This document shows positions 1 through 11,160 of a DNA stretch of 64,000 nucleotides, one piece after another (position 1 is the first letter of the stretch; every line of letters begins with the position of its first letter). The DNA is from Octopus sinensis (Eukaryota): assembly GCF_006345805.1 (NCBI RefSeq), contig NC_043013.1:47802001-47866000 (forward strand), given 5' to 3'. The translations under genes were made by a program, and so were the position numbers. The notes below the pieces were generated by a model. The model saw only the letters and a list, made by a program, of their open reading frames with translations, searched no databases and had not been told where the DNA came from.

Positions 1-1650
1 TTTGTGCGTTGTCGACCAGTTTCTCCATGACAAGCGCCAACCTCTTGGCTAACACCTTTGTCAAAATTTTCAGGTCTGCATTGAGCAGAGTGATTGGCCT
101 AAAGTTATCTATAATGTTTCCCTTGTTTGGATCTTTCTTCAGCAGAGTTACAGCTCCTCGACTCACAAAACCGGGTATGCTCCCGTTTTGCTGCCAGTTG
201 CAGTATACCGCTGCCAAGACGTCTCCAAACAAGTCTGGCATACAATAGTAAAATTCGTAGGGTAGACCATCCAAACCCGGTGATTTGTCCCTCGAGCATT
301 CTGCCATCGCTTCCCGCACTTCCGCCGCCGTGATGGCACCTTCGCAGCACCCTGCCTTTCTTGTCGAGAGTCGTGGCAGGCTATGTAGGTAGGCACTGAA
401 GTCTACCCTACGTTCTTGCCCTCCACTCGTCCCGAACAGTCGGGCAAAATGCTGCTGAAAGGCCTCACACATTTTACTTGGCTCGAGCAATTCGCGCCCT
501 GTTCATCTACCAGTGACCGAATGGTGGCTTTGTTGCCCTGTTGCGCCTCTGCCACCCGGGCCTCTCTCGCGGCTCCAACACCTTCGTTCCTTAGAGCACG
601 CATCCTAGCTCTGACAGCACATCCTTCGTGTTTGGCGTTGAAGTGTTGGTCGAGGGCCAACCTCGCCGCCAAAACGTCGGATGCGATGCCGCTTCTAATT
701 GCCTCTTCTAGCTTCTTAACTAGCTCACCCTCTACTCTATTTCTATCTATGGCTAGTGCTTTGCTGTACCTAATCGCTTCTGCTTTTACTGCTCTCTTGA
801 GGGCAAACCACCATTTGTTGTTGATGATGGCTCCCGTCAAAGCCCTCTTTACTAGTGTGCTAATCCGGTCTCTGAAAACTTGTCTGGACGGGAATGATGC
901 GTTCAGTTTCCAGTACCCAGGACCCTGTCTATGTGCCTTATCTAAGTCTAGCGTACACGTCACCAATTTGTGATCCGTGTAGCTGACTGTGTGGAATTGT
1001 GGACATCCTAAGTTATCCTTGTCTACTGTCCTACACAGTATCCTATCTAGATACGATCTCGACGACCCACTGCGGTTGCTCCATGTCCACGTTGGTGCAT
1101 TTGGGTGGTCGAGTCGGTACCTGTCAGACAGTTGGAATCGTCTGAGCAGGTCTCTGAGGCATTTGCATCCCCTTCTGTTTCTGTCTCTACCCACGTAGTC
1201 TACATGCGTGTCCAAGGTAGCATTCCAATCCCCCACTAAGAGTAAAGGACGAGACGTTCCCAAGAATACTTCTAGACGTCGAAAGAAATCCGCCGACCTG
1301 TTAAGGGCGGTGCGTAGACTGATACGAGTCGAAAAGCGCACCCATTGCTGCCGTCAACATCCAGAACGATCAGTCTACCCTCCGGGTCTACGATATATCG
1401 TCTTGACTTCGAGATCCAGGCTCTTGTGAAAAAGTACCGCGGTGCCACTACCGCCCATCCTCGGCAGACAGGGAGCGAAATAAATGTTAAACTGTCCGCC
1501 AAACATGGACTTTAGGGCCCGTGGCTCGTGGAGTCTGGTCTCACTTATGGCTATGATTCCCAAATCATGTGACTTGATGTCATTTAGGAGGTATCCTTGT
1601 TTCCAAGGAGACCCCAAGCCACGCGCATTCACACAACCAATCTTGACCAT
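1..1650 (-). pseudogene. Tx1 ORF2 (APE endonuclease + N-terminal part of reverse transcriptase), frameshifted
   Basis: MVKIGCVNARGLG... at 1650; pieces 1375-1650, 1272-1502, 403-1341 and 1-330 give colinear APE and RT motifs. Confidence 0.9.
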
Positions 1651-1759
1651 GATTCTATTGGGGTGTGTGCTTTAAAACACACAAATGAAAGTACAGAGAG
1701 TTACTTACTTGTGTCGAAAGTTTTGGCTTCCTCGTTCTTTGATGTGTCTTCGAGGAGGT

Positions 1760-3812
1760 TTCTATATAGTTTTTGGGACAGATATTTCTGGAAACCCCCT
1801 ACAGCATTTGGGAAGAGGGCTTTGAGTTTGTGGTGTTGTGTTTGTGTGATGTGTAGTATTTTGATGTGTTTGGTGGTGTAGTGCGTGGATGATTGCTATT
1901 TTTAAAGTCATCTTCACAAATGTTTGTGTATCCTGTGATGTACTCCATTAGTTTGGAGTCTTTTGTGTCTATCGCTGATAGCATTGTTTTTTGTGGTGTT
2001 GGTGCTTGTTTTGTTGTGTATGGAGTTTTCAGGGTTCAGGTATCTCCCTGCTTTGGTTGCGATTTCTTGTTTGGTTTTTCTTGATCTTTTTCTTTTACCC
2101 CCTGTGGCTATTTGCCATTCTGTCGAACTTTCATCGTTAGATGAAAAGTCTGACGAATCAGCAGGGGGCAAGGGTAAAGCGTCTGGGTGTGTTTGTGCGG
2201 TTGTAGATATTGTTTGTTGTGGTGCGCGGGGAGGGTGTTGCTGGGGGGTTTGTTGTGGTTATTGTCTCTCCTACATCCTTGGTGCTTGTCTTCTTCGTTG
2301 TTATTCTTGGTGTTGGAATTGGTTTATTTGTTGTTGTGGTGATGATGATTCTGTTCTTGGCGCTGGTGTTGGTGTTGTTTTTGTTGGGTTGGCTTGTTCT
2401 TTGTTGTTTTTCCTGCATTTCCGCATACAGCTTCTTGACTAGCTGTCCATATTGTGGTGTGGGCAATAATCCTGGCTTTTGTGATTTTTCCTGTGGCTGT
2501 TGTTGTTGTTGTAATTTTGCGGCAGATTTGCACTCCTTTTTGAGGTGTGCCTCACTGCCACATGTATAGCATCGTGGCCTTCTGCCCTCGACTACTACGT
2601 ATAACTTGCGGCCATCCTCAAGATGTACGTGGGTGGGGATTTTATTTATGTCCTCTTGACTTATGTGGAAGAGGAACTCTATTCTCTTTCCCAGCCAGTC
2701 CTTGTTTTCCGAAACACCGATATCTAGGATGTTTATGTCCTCCATTTCGGATGTTACGGCGGATGTAATCCACAGTGTTGTAGTCACTTGGGGGACACCA
2801 CTGATAATGACTTTCGTCACCTTCTGGCCGAGGTAACTCGGTGTCAACGTTAGTTCATCAGAATGAAGGGTTATCGTTGAGAATTTCTTCGCCAACTCTT
2901 CATTCTGAAAAACCACCTGTACGTGTGTGCGAACTTGTTCGCCCAAGTCACACAATCCTTGTATCCCCAGATACTTTTTTCGACTTTGTCTGTGCTTGCC
3001 TTTTCTGGACTTTTTGTTTTTTTATTTGTGATTTTATATACAATTGTCTTTTTTTTCTCCTCATTCAGTATGTGCTGAGGTATGTGTAAGAGTATTTTTC
3101 CGTTTTGATTTGTAATAAGGTTTCTGCAATCTTTAATAATCTGTTGTGTAGTAAACGAAACTTTTGTTACCTTTTCTTTATCGCCTCGGCGAAGTTTGTT
3201 GTTGTTTTGTTATTGTTGTTACTGTTGATGTTGATGGCAGGGGTGTGGGTTGTAGGTTTGTGGTTGCTGATTATGCAACTAGCAAGGGGTGGAAAATTGC
3301 CTGCGTAATTTAGTCCTGCATTAGCGCAAATTTCGGCATTTCGTTTGCTTGTCGTCGTTATTTTTTTCACTTGTTGGTGATGGAGTGAGCAGTGGTTGAA
3401 GGGAATTGTTGTTGTCGTCGTCGTCGTTGTTGTTGTTGTTGTTGTTGTTTTTGTTATTGTCGTTCTTGGTGACGGCGGTGGTGTTAGTAGTATTAGTAGC
3501 ATTGACGGCACGGTCTTTGGTGGCGGTGATGGTGATGTTGGTATTGTTATTGGTGGCGACGTCTTTAGTAGGGATAGCAGTTTTAGTAGCAGATTCTGCC
3601 ATGGTGTTGTTGTCGGTGTTGGTGGTGGTGGTGGACTCACTGATGGTGTTGACGGTGCTTGGCCTTGCGACCTTTGTTTTGTATTTGTTGCTGTTGTCGA
3701 TGTTGATGGTGGCGGAGTTGTCAGGTTCAGCGTAAGGTAACAGAGCATCCTGTTTTTCTGCCTCTCCGTCACGGTTGACTTGCACCTCAGCCTCGTGGTG
3801 ACCAGTGGCCAT
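1760..3812 (-). pseudogene. Tx1 ORF1 (gag-like, Thr/Asn-rich, one CCHC zinc knuckle), frameshifted
   Basis: ATG at 3812 (MATGHHEAEV...), continued through track ORFs 3167-3772, 2158-2955, 1914-2171 and 1799-1984 in shifting frames. Confidence 0.75.
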
Positions 3813-4023
3813 TTTGGAAATAAAATGGCTAAATGAAACCACGAAGGCTATGAAATTTTTTCTTTTAAATTTTGCCCACAAGGGCAAAATTTTGTGGAGA
3901 TTTTATCAAAGGTTTACAGTGGATGTTGTTGCACAACTTTAAACACAAAATATTTCACAATAAATAATTTTCAACGTACAAAATGACCAACTTACGTGGA
4001 GCCCATTTGACTAGCGTCCGTCC

Positions 4024-4031
4024 GTCCGTCC

Positions 4032-4092
<61 letters not shown>

Positions 4093-4116
4093 TATAGATA
4101 GATAATAGATAGATAA
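4024..4116. repeat. (GATA)n microsatellite between the two Tx1 copies
   Basis: Direct reading. Confidence 0.97.
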
Positions 4117-5160
4117 GTTTCTTTTATTGGCCCACAGGGCTGCACACAGATGGACAATTACAAGGTAGAGCTTTTTCTTTTGGGGGATGAAAAAACCAAA
4201 AAAAAAACAAAAGAAACAAAAAAAATAAGGGGTGGCGTAGGTTTTCGATCAAAAGGGATCGTAAAACGGAAAAAAAAGAACAAAAAATAAAAAAAGGAAA
4301 AGGAACAAAAGAAAAGAGAAATGAAAAAAAGAAGAAAAAAGGGGGGGGGAAGAGGGAAAAAAACGACCAATAGGGATCGTGTATCACAGTGTTATGATGT
4401 ATGGTGTAAAGGGGAAAGCAAGTAAGGTTTATCCGTGGGAAGAAAAGCCTACGAAAAAGACCACGGTAACCTTGGTCAATATTGTTATATGTTACCACAT
4501 TTGTTTGAAAGTGGGTAACCCTCTGTTTTCAATTTCTGGATTCATAGGATTATGCTCAAGGTGGCTACGTGCCATCCTTGCTACATTCACCCATATTTTT
4601 TTAAAACATTTGCTAGACAAAACTTGCCTCTCTACCCTCACTTTCCTTTTCAAGTGGTACTTGAAGAAGTTGATGAGAGATTGACCAGAGAGGAAAGTGT
4701 TTGTCTCCAGTCCTTTCAGACGCGTCCACCAGATACATTCTTTCGTCTCGCCCTAGCCACAAGGATGAGGAAAATAGCTCTTCCTTCCCGTTTGAAGGAA
4801 GGAGGCGTGACAATATTGACGATAGACTCAGCTGATAAACCGACTCGTCCCACACGTGACAGCAGTTGTTAGACATAAACCCAAGGTCGGAATTGTTGGA
4901 CACTGCACGAATGCGTGCAGAACGGTTTCGTCGTCGCTCTGGCCGCATCTCGGGGCAGGTCGGCCCCGTGTTTCTCGAGCCGTGTCTGTAGAGCTTATCC
5001 CTAATCGGGTAGCGCTTTCTCGTAGCACTGCCAGGCCAGGGATCTCTGGAAGTTGTCCATGGGCCCTGGCCCGAAAGTCGTCCCGACACAGGCGGGTCAG
5101 GTACTCCTCGTCGACGTCCAGGTTTGCCCCGAGCTCATCGTCGTACCTCCCCTCCACTAA
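4117..5160 (-). mobile_element. 5'-truncated second copy of a Tx1-clade LINE (ORF2 C-terminal zinc finger + 3'UTR)
   Basis: PRCGQSDDETVLHAFVQCP (L1/Tx1 C-terminal CCHC), U-rich 3'UTR, 3' end ...ccaataaaagaaac running into (TATC)n; 5' break abuts (GATA)n at 5162. Confidence 0.85.
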
Positions 5161-5161
5161 T

Positions 5162-5162
5162 C

Positions 5163-5237
<75 letters not shown>

Positions 5238-5345
5238 GTGTATGTATATACGCATGCATATGTACGTATGTATGTATATATGTATGTGTCTGTATTTATG
5301 TATGTATGTATGGATGGATGGATGGATGGATGGATGGATATATAT
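5162..5345. repeat. (GATA)n/(TATG)n/(GGAT)n compound microsatellite
   Basis: Direct reading. Confidence 0.95.
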
Positions 5346-5515
5346 GCATGTATGTACGTTTGTGTATACGTGTGTGTGTTTGTGTGTGTGTTTGAGTTTG
5401 TGTTTGTCCTGTACTACTGCTTAACAAGCGATATTGGTTTATGCACCCGTAACTTAGCGGTTCAACCGATAGATTAACACAGGACCATGTGCGCATAACA
5501 ATGTTATTGCACAAG

Positions 5516-6838
5516 CATCAAAACTGCCAAACTGGAAAGCGGCAGGATCAGACGGAACTCAAGGCTACTGGCTCAAGTGGTTTAGGTCAACACTCAAGAG
5601 AATTGCCTACTGAGCGGTGCAGTTCGAAAGTGGATGGTAGAGGGGAAAACATTGTTAATGAAAGATCGGTCAAAGGGCAATGAGGTCGGCTGTTACCAAC
5701 CCATTGCTTGTCTTAACCTCCTATGGAAAGGATACTCACAGGTATACTCACAGGGAAAATATATATGTTCCTTGCGAAAAATAATCTACTGCCAGTAGAA
5801 CAAAAGGGGTGTTGAAAAAGATCCAAGGGCATCAACGACCACCTTGTGATAGACAAGATTGTAATGAAGAACTATAAGCAGTACCAAAAAACTTATACAT
5901 GACCTGGATAGACTTCAAAAAGGCTTACGACATGTTGCCGCATTCGTGGGTTTTGGAAACATTCGACATGTGTGGATTAGCTGATTAAGAACAGCATGCC
6001 TACTTGGAAAACACGTCTTTCCAGTAACAACCATCACTTAGCCGAGGTAACAAGCAAAAGAGGCATCTTCCAAGGAGACTCTGTTATTTCTTATAGCCTT
6101 GATCCGATTTTCGGTAGCCCTACGCAAAGTCAGCGCGCAATATGAGCTGAGAAAGAATGGACGTCCACTCAACCACCTTCTCTTCATGGATGATTTAAAA
6201 CTATTCGCAATAGCAGAACCTGAAATGGAGGGTCTGGTTGAGACTGTAAATGTGTAGCATGGATATAGGGATGGAATTCGGAATCTTGAAGTGTGTGGTG
6301 CTTACTTTGAAGCGGGGGGGAAGGGTAAATTGTAGGGGCATAGAATTGCCAATCAGACCCGGATGTTGATGGCTACAAGTATCTTGAGATCCTGGAGCTG
6401 GACAATATCTTGTATAAAGAAATGAAAGACGAGGTCACCACTGCATATTTCAAGCGTCTTAAACTTCTCTTGAAATCAAAACTTAACTTAAGGACACAAG
6501 CGGAGGTTAACTAACTCCATCGAAATACCCGAAAGACAATAACAATGTATGGTACCCTCCAACCTAAGGCGAATATACACATGCTCTACTTGAAGAAGGG
6601 GCAAAGGTAGACGTGGACTGATTAGCGGACGGGAATGCATCAACATTGAAAGAAGAAACATGGCAGAATGTTTGGTACACAGCAAAGAAGACCTACAACA
6701 GTATACTGCTAATGCAGAGGAATTTAACAAAATTGGACATGAGAGTGCTCATGAATTCCGATCTAGAACAGCCAACGAGAGAGAAGAAACCCTACTCCGC
6801 ATAGAATTACATGGCCAGTTCCACCGTGAAACCAACGA
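5516..6838 (+). mobile_element. Degenerate R4/Dong-type non-LTR retrotransposon, RT region
   Basis: Fragmented motifs NWKAAGSDGTQGYWLK, PIACLNLLWK, WIDFKKAYDMLPHSW, RGIFQGDS, NHLLFMDDLKLF, YKYLEILE, LHGQFHR, with stops and frameshifts. Confidence 0.8.
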
Positions 6839-6849
6839 ATAATAATATA

Positions 6850-6899
<50 letters not shown>

Positions 6900-6920
6900 G
6901 TAATGATGATGATGTTGATG

Positions 6921-6991
<71 letters not shown>

Positions 6992-7015
6992 AACAACAAC
7001 AACAACAACAACAAC
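6838..7015. repeat. (TAA)n/(CAA)n microsatellite
   Basis: Direct reading. Confidence 0.97.
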
Positions 7016-7067
7016 ACATCGAAAAATACTTTAGGAATGAGAACCCAGGTGCGAAATTTCCCCAAAA

Positions 7068-7109
7068 CACCTGATGAAGGTTGGAGGGTTTATCAGCCGA
7101 AACGTTGTG
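7068..7109 (+). ncRNA. Minimal type I hammerhead ribozyme motif (Penelope pLTR-type)
   Basis: CAC-CTGATGA-A-GGTTG(gagggtttat)CAGCC-GAAA-C-GTT-GTG: canonical core, 5-bp stem II, palindromic AACGTT stem III, 3-bp stem I. Confidence 0.7.
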
Positions 7110-7197
7110 ATAACGACAAACAAGATGAGGACAAGTATCCGTCAATTGTAAATAATGTAAATAATGTACATAATTCTTCATCTCTTAAATATAGAAC

Positions 7198-7480
7198 TGA
7201 AGAAGTAAGAAGAAGAAGAAGAGAAGAAGAAGAAGAAGAAGAAGAAGAAGAAAGAAGAAGAAACGAAGAAGAAGAAGAAAAGAAGAAGAAGACGAAGAAG
7301 AAGAAAAGAAGAAAGAATAAGAAGAAGAAGAAGAAGAAGAAGAGAAGAAGAATAAGAAGAGAAGAAGAAGAAGAAGAGAAAAGAAGAAGAAGAAGAGAAG
7401 AGAGAAGAAGAAGAAGAAGAAGAAGAAGAAGAAGAAGAAGAAGAAGAAGAAGAAGAAGAAAGAAGAAAAATAAGAAGAAA
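7198..7480. repeat. (GAA)n degenerate microsatellite
   Basis: Direct reading. Confidence 0.97.
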
Positions 7481-7616
7481 AGTTACAAAAGTTTACCTTC
7501 TTGACACGGCCAAAAGAATCAGAAAAGTATCAGACAGGTGAAAAGAGTAAACATCATGGTACCCGTATCTGCAGGTAGTAAGTAATAACAGGCATGATAG
7601 AGCAGCACGGTATATT

Positions 7617-7874
7617 CTTTTATTCTTTTCTTTTCTTTTACTTGTTTCAGTCATTTGACTGCGGCCATGCTGGAGCACCGCCTTTAGTCGAGCAAATCGA
7701 CCCGGGATTTATTCTTTGTAAGCGCCAGTCCTTATTCTATCGGTCTTTTTTGCCGAACCGCTAAGTGACCGGGAACGTAAACAACCCACCAGCATCGGTT
7801 GTCAAGCATGCTAGGGGGACAAACACAGACTTACAACACACACACACACACACACACATACACATCACCACACA

Positions 7875-7907
<33 letters not shown>

Positions 7908-8081
7908 CATATTATACGACAGGCTTCTTTCAGTTTCCGTCTACCAAATCCACTCACAAGGCATTAGTCGACCCGGGGCTATAGCAGAAGACACTTGCCC
8001 AGCTGCCACGCAGTGGGACTGAACCCGGAACCATGGGTGGTTAGCAAGCTACTACTTACAACACAGCCACTCCTGCGCCTA
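7617..8081 (-). mobile_element. tRNA-headed CORE-type SINE (octopus OR-like family) with internal CA/TA microsatellite
   Basis: A/B-box head and CORE-like segment (cttgggcaagtgtcttct); homologous to the copy at 28258. Confidence 0.8.
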
Positions 8082-8082
8082 T

Positions 8083-8231
8083 ATTCACTGGGAAATTTGC
8101 AAACACCTGGACCTGCCCCGTGATAAAAACTGGTGGGAACACAAACCACCTCCGCGCTTGAAAGTGATCACATCTCACTCCTCTGGAACTTCACCGTTGA
8201 AATTGACCGAAAAATAGATGCGAAATAGGCC
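8083..8231 (+). mobile_element. R4-type element C-terminal (restriction-like endonuclease region) fragment
   Basis: IHWEICKHLDLPRDKNWWEHKPP / LESDHISLLWNFTVEIDRKIDA, with a frameshift. Confidence 0.7.
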
Positions 8232-8265
8232 TTTACAAAAGCTGTAAAACAACTTTATAAAAGTA

Positions 8266-8365
8266 NNNNNNNNNNNNNNNNNNNNNNNNNNNNNNNNNNN
8301 NNNNNNNNNNNNNNNNNNNNNNNNNNNNNNNNNNNNNNNNNNNNNNNNNNNNNNNNNNNNNNNNN
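8266..8365. other. Assembly gap (100 N)
   Basis: Run of n. Confidence 1.
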
Positions 8366-8930
8366 TTCTCTCTATCCTTCAGATATGTTCTAGATCATTC
8401 CAGGAAGTCCCTATTGTGTTAGATGGATCTAAGACAAGATGATCCATGTCAATGCTACTCAATTCACATCTAAGCCTATGAGGCCTGGAGTGCAGCTGAA
8501 AGGATCTCTGATATCTTTCTTTCTAAGCTGCCCATTAAACTTTCTTCCACTTCCATTTCTCATGGAGATTCATTACGCCTTTTTCCCATCCACCAGTTAC
8601 GTCCTCACACTAACATTTTAGACACACATTTTAGACACACATCACAACTCTAAAACATAAAAACACGTACGTAAATTCATCATCCTATTTGTACACATGT
8701 ACACATACAAACACATACGCCCTCATGTACACATGCAGTCACACATATTTACATAGAACAGCACACATACCGGTCATAAAAATGAGAATGAATGCGTTTG
8801 TGTTTATGTAAGAGAATATACAAAGGGCACGGTATATGTGTTTGTCCTTTATGTGTATGCCTACCTATGTGTGAATACAGATATTAATTCAGAATGTACA
8901 TACATGTATACATATATATATATATGCATA

Positions 8931-9895
8931 CAGTGGCGCCACTTCAGTTAAGAACGCTAGTATACTTGTGTTAAACCGGTATTTTCATATATTCAAGTTG
9001 TAAATTGTGAATTAATATATATATCAACATATTAATTTTAAATTAAAAATAAATCTTAACTATTGTAATTTGTAGCGCCATTTCATTTAAGAACGATTTG
9101 TAAAATGTTTATTCTGAGATCAACAAAAAAACAATAAGCTTAGACACTCAGTATTTGGTTGGTTATCCAAAATTACTTAATACAGCTTTGCATCTGCTAA
9201 ACATAGAATTTTTCAGATCATTTATCACTGTTCCTGAGATTTTTTCACAGTTTTGGCTAATAATGTTTAAATAAAAGTCATCCTTATTCTTTGGCTTACT
9301 ACTTTGCGCAGCTCTACCCAACCATTCCCAAAGATTTCCAATGGGATTTAGGTCGGGTGACTGCGCCGGCCACTGCATCAATCGAACTCTCTCAGACCTA
9401 ATGTAATCTCTGACTAGGTGCGCGATGTGTTTCGAGTCGTTGTCATGTTGGAAAGTGCAAGATTGGCCCAAATGCTTTCGGGCCTATGGAAGCATAGTCT
9501 TATTCAATATTTCTAGATAGGACTTACTATCCATAATACCCTTGATTCGAATTATAGGACCGATACCTTTTCCGAACATCCACCTCCACACCATCACACT
9601 TCCACCACCGTACTTAATTGTAGATCGGATGCATTCTGGATGATATTCTTCACCTATATGCCTTCTTACATACTCGAATATATGAAATGACGCTAGAAAA
9701 TACGATAATAAAGGTTTATTTTTATTTTTAAATTAATATGTTGATGATAAGCTGTAAAGTTGTATACCAAATTAAATCTCATGAAATTTTCTTTATTTTG
9801 ATATACATCTTAATTCAAAATTTACAATTTGAATATATGAAAAATGCCATTTTAAGATTAGTGTACTAGCGTTCTTAAATTATATGGCGCCACTG
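8931..9895 (-). mobile_element. Internally deleted Tc1-family DNA transposon
   Basis: TIRs cagtggcgcca...agaacgctagta / tactagcgttctta...tggcgccactg, TA on both flanks; transposase remnant YGGGSVMVW...FQHDNDSKH...WPAQSPDLNPIGNLW. Confidence 0.9.
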
Positions 9896-10344
9896 TATGT
9901 CTCTGTACAGGTATCTCTCTCTCTCTCTCCCTCTCTCTCTCCCTCTCTCTCTCTCTCCCTCTCTCTCTCTCTACCTCTCTCTCTCACTCTCTCTCTCCCC
10001 CTCTCTCTCTCTCCCTCTTTCTCTGCTTCTCTCTCCCTGTCTTTCACTGTATGTTTACATATATACTGATAGATATACATGCAGATGTGTGTATGTGTTC
10101 GTGTGTGTATGTGTGCCGCTGTTTGTGTGTATATATATATATATGTCTACAGATACGCTATCCTTCGTTGTCTTAACAATAAATAAGAATGCATAGAAAC
10201 AGTTCATAGTAACTTAAAGCTGATGTAGAAATGACACCTACCGACAAAGATGCTATGCTATCTTCTACATACATATCTTCTATGTTATACACATAGCATT
10301 GCCGGAAGAAGATTAGGTGCTCGTTCTCATGTTGAATCGCTAGC

Positions 10345-10532
10345 TTCTGCACGCATTTTTTCTCTCCTTGTTTCTCTCCGTGTTTCTTTTCTGTGTATCT
10401 TTCTGTTGAAGAGCGTAGGCTCGAAACGTAAAAGACTTGTTTTATTTATATTCCTGAGCGCCATACTAATACAATTGTTTGTTTGTACTCCACCTGCCTT
10501 CGTCTTTTGTTTATTTTCATAAAGCTTCCCGT

Positions 10533-10535
<3 letters not shown>
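10345..10535 (+). mobile_element. Short pLTR-like non-coding repeat with hammerhead-like motif (U6 variant) at 10398-10435
   Basis: TCTTT-CTGTTGA-A-GAGC(gtag)GCTC-GAAAC-GTA-AAAGA; second copy on the minus strand at 57299-57460; ends in (TA)n. Confidence 0.6.
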
Positions 10536-10559
<24 letters not shown>

Positions 10560-10563
<4 letters not shown>

Positions 10564-10660
10564 AGAAGAATACAGTGTACGTTCAAACACAAAAGAGATA
10601 CCCGAAGAATAGGATATCTGACTCGCTAGAAAGGGCAGTTAAAACTCCAACCCACCAATT
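10560..10660 (+). repeat. Dispersed repeat, also present as a fold-back at 44166-44330
   Basis: gttcaaacacaaaagagatacccgaagaataggatatctgactcgctagaaag shared with 44170-44225. Confidence 0.75.
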
Positions 10661-10708
10661 GTTGTAATTCCGAAAGTGATTGGAAAATAAAAATAGGATT
10701 AAGGTCAG

Positions 10709-10739
<31 letters not shown>

Positions 10740-10743
<4 letters not shown>

Positions 10744-11140
10744 TTAAATCCTTAAATCCTTAAAAATGTTTTAGCCCGAAGGCCGCGGCCATGCTGGGGC
10801 ACCACCGCTGAATGAGCTACACTAGTTTGTGAATCCACCTCTGATACGTGGCACTTGATCAACAAGGGAGTTCGATGCTGCTGCCCGCATCCGTGTCTCC
10901 TGTCGTGAGGTAGGTTCATCTGGGACTCCCAACAAGAAGAGATCCAGTTTAGTTTTAAAGAAACCCACATCCACACCATGTAAGTCTCTCAGGCATTTAG
11001 GGAGGATGTTAAAGAGCTGTGGTCCTCTGAAACCAAGCTGTTGCAGTATCTGGACCTGTATTTTGATGGTGATGTTGGAATCCTTGGCACCACGCAGCGG
11101 CGCCCCGTTCTGCGGTTGGAGTAACTTTGAATGCCAAAGT
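10740..11140 (-). mobile_element. 3' end of a CR1/L2-group LINE
   Basis: ..GRRCVVPRIP..SLGFRGPQLFNILPKCLRDL..FFKTKLDLFLLGVPDEP..RAAASNSLVDQ, then 3'UTR and (TTTAAGGA)n tail; clade assignment is from recall. Confidence 0.7.
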
Positions 11141-11160
11141 ATATATATATATATATATAT

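Larger units (their letters stand above)
1..4012 (-). mobile_element. L1/Tx1-clade non-LTR retrotransposon, 5' ~4 kb (5'UTR, ORF1, ORF2 endonuclease and start of RT); continues beyond window start
   Basis: Minus strand: ORF1 with CCHC knuckle (CYTCGSEAHLKKEC); ORF2 APE endonuclease (IGCVNARGL, ISETRL, LVGDWNA, SYLDRI, TDHKLV); RT-proximal motifs KSPGLDGLPYEFY and FRPITLLNADLKILTKVLAKRL at 1-300. Confidence 0.93.

Noticed and set aside
403-3812. Frameshifts in the Tx1 ORFs as programmed frameshifting
   Set aside because: Single-base homopolymer indels also separate near-identical repeat arms (18.6-19.5 kb, 11-12.8 kb), so sequencing error or decay is the simpler explanation.
3321-3887. ORF track lists this 188-aa ORF on +
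   Set aside because: The peptide (LPLWAKF...MATGHH) is read from the reverse complement; it is the minus-strand start of Tx1 ORF1, not a plus-strand gene.
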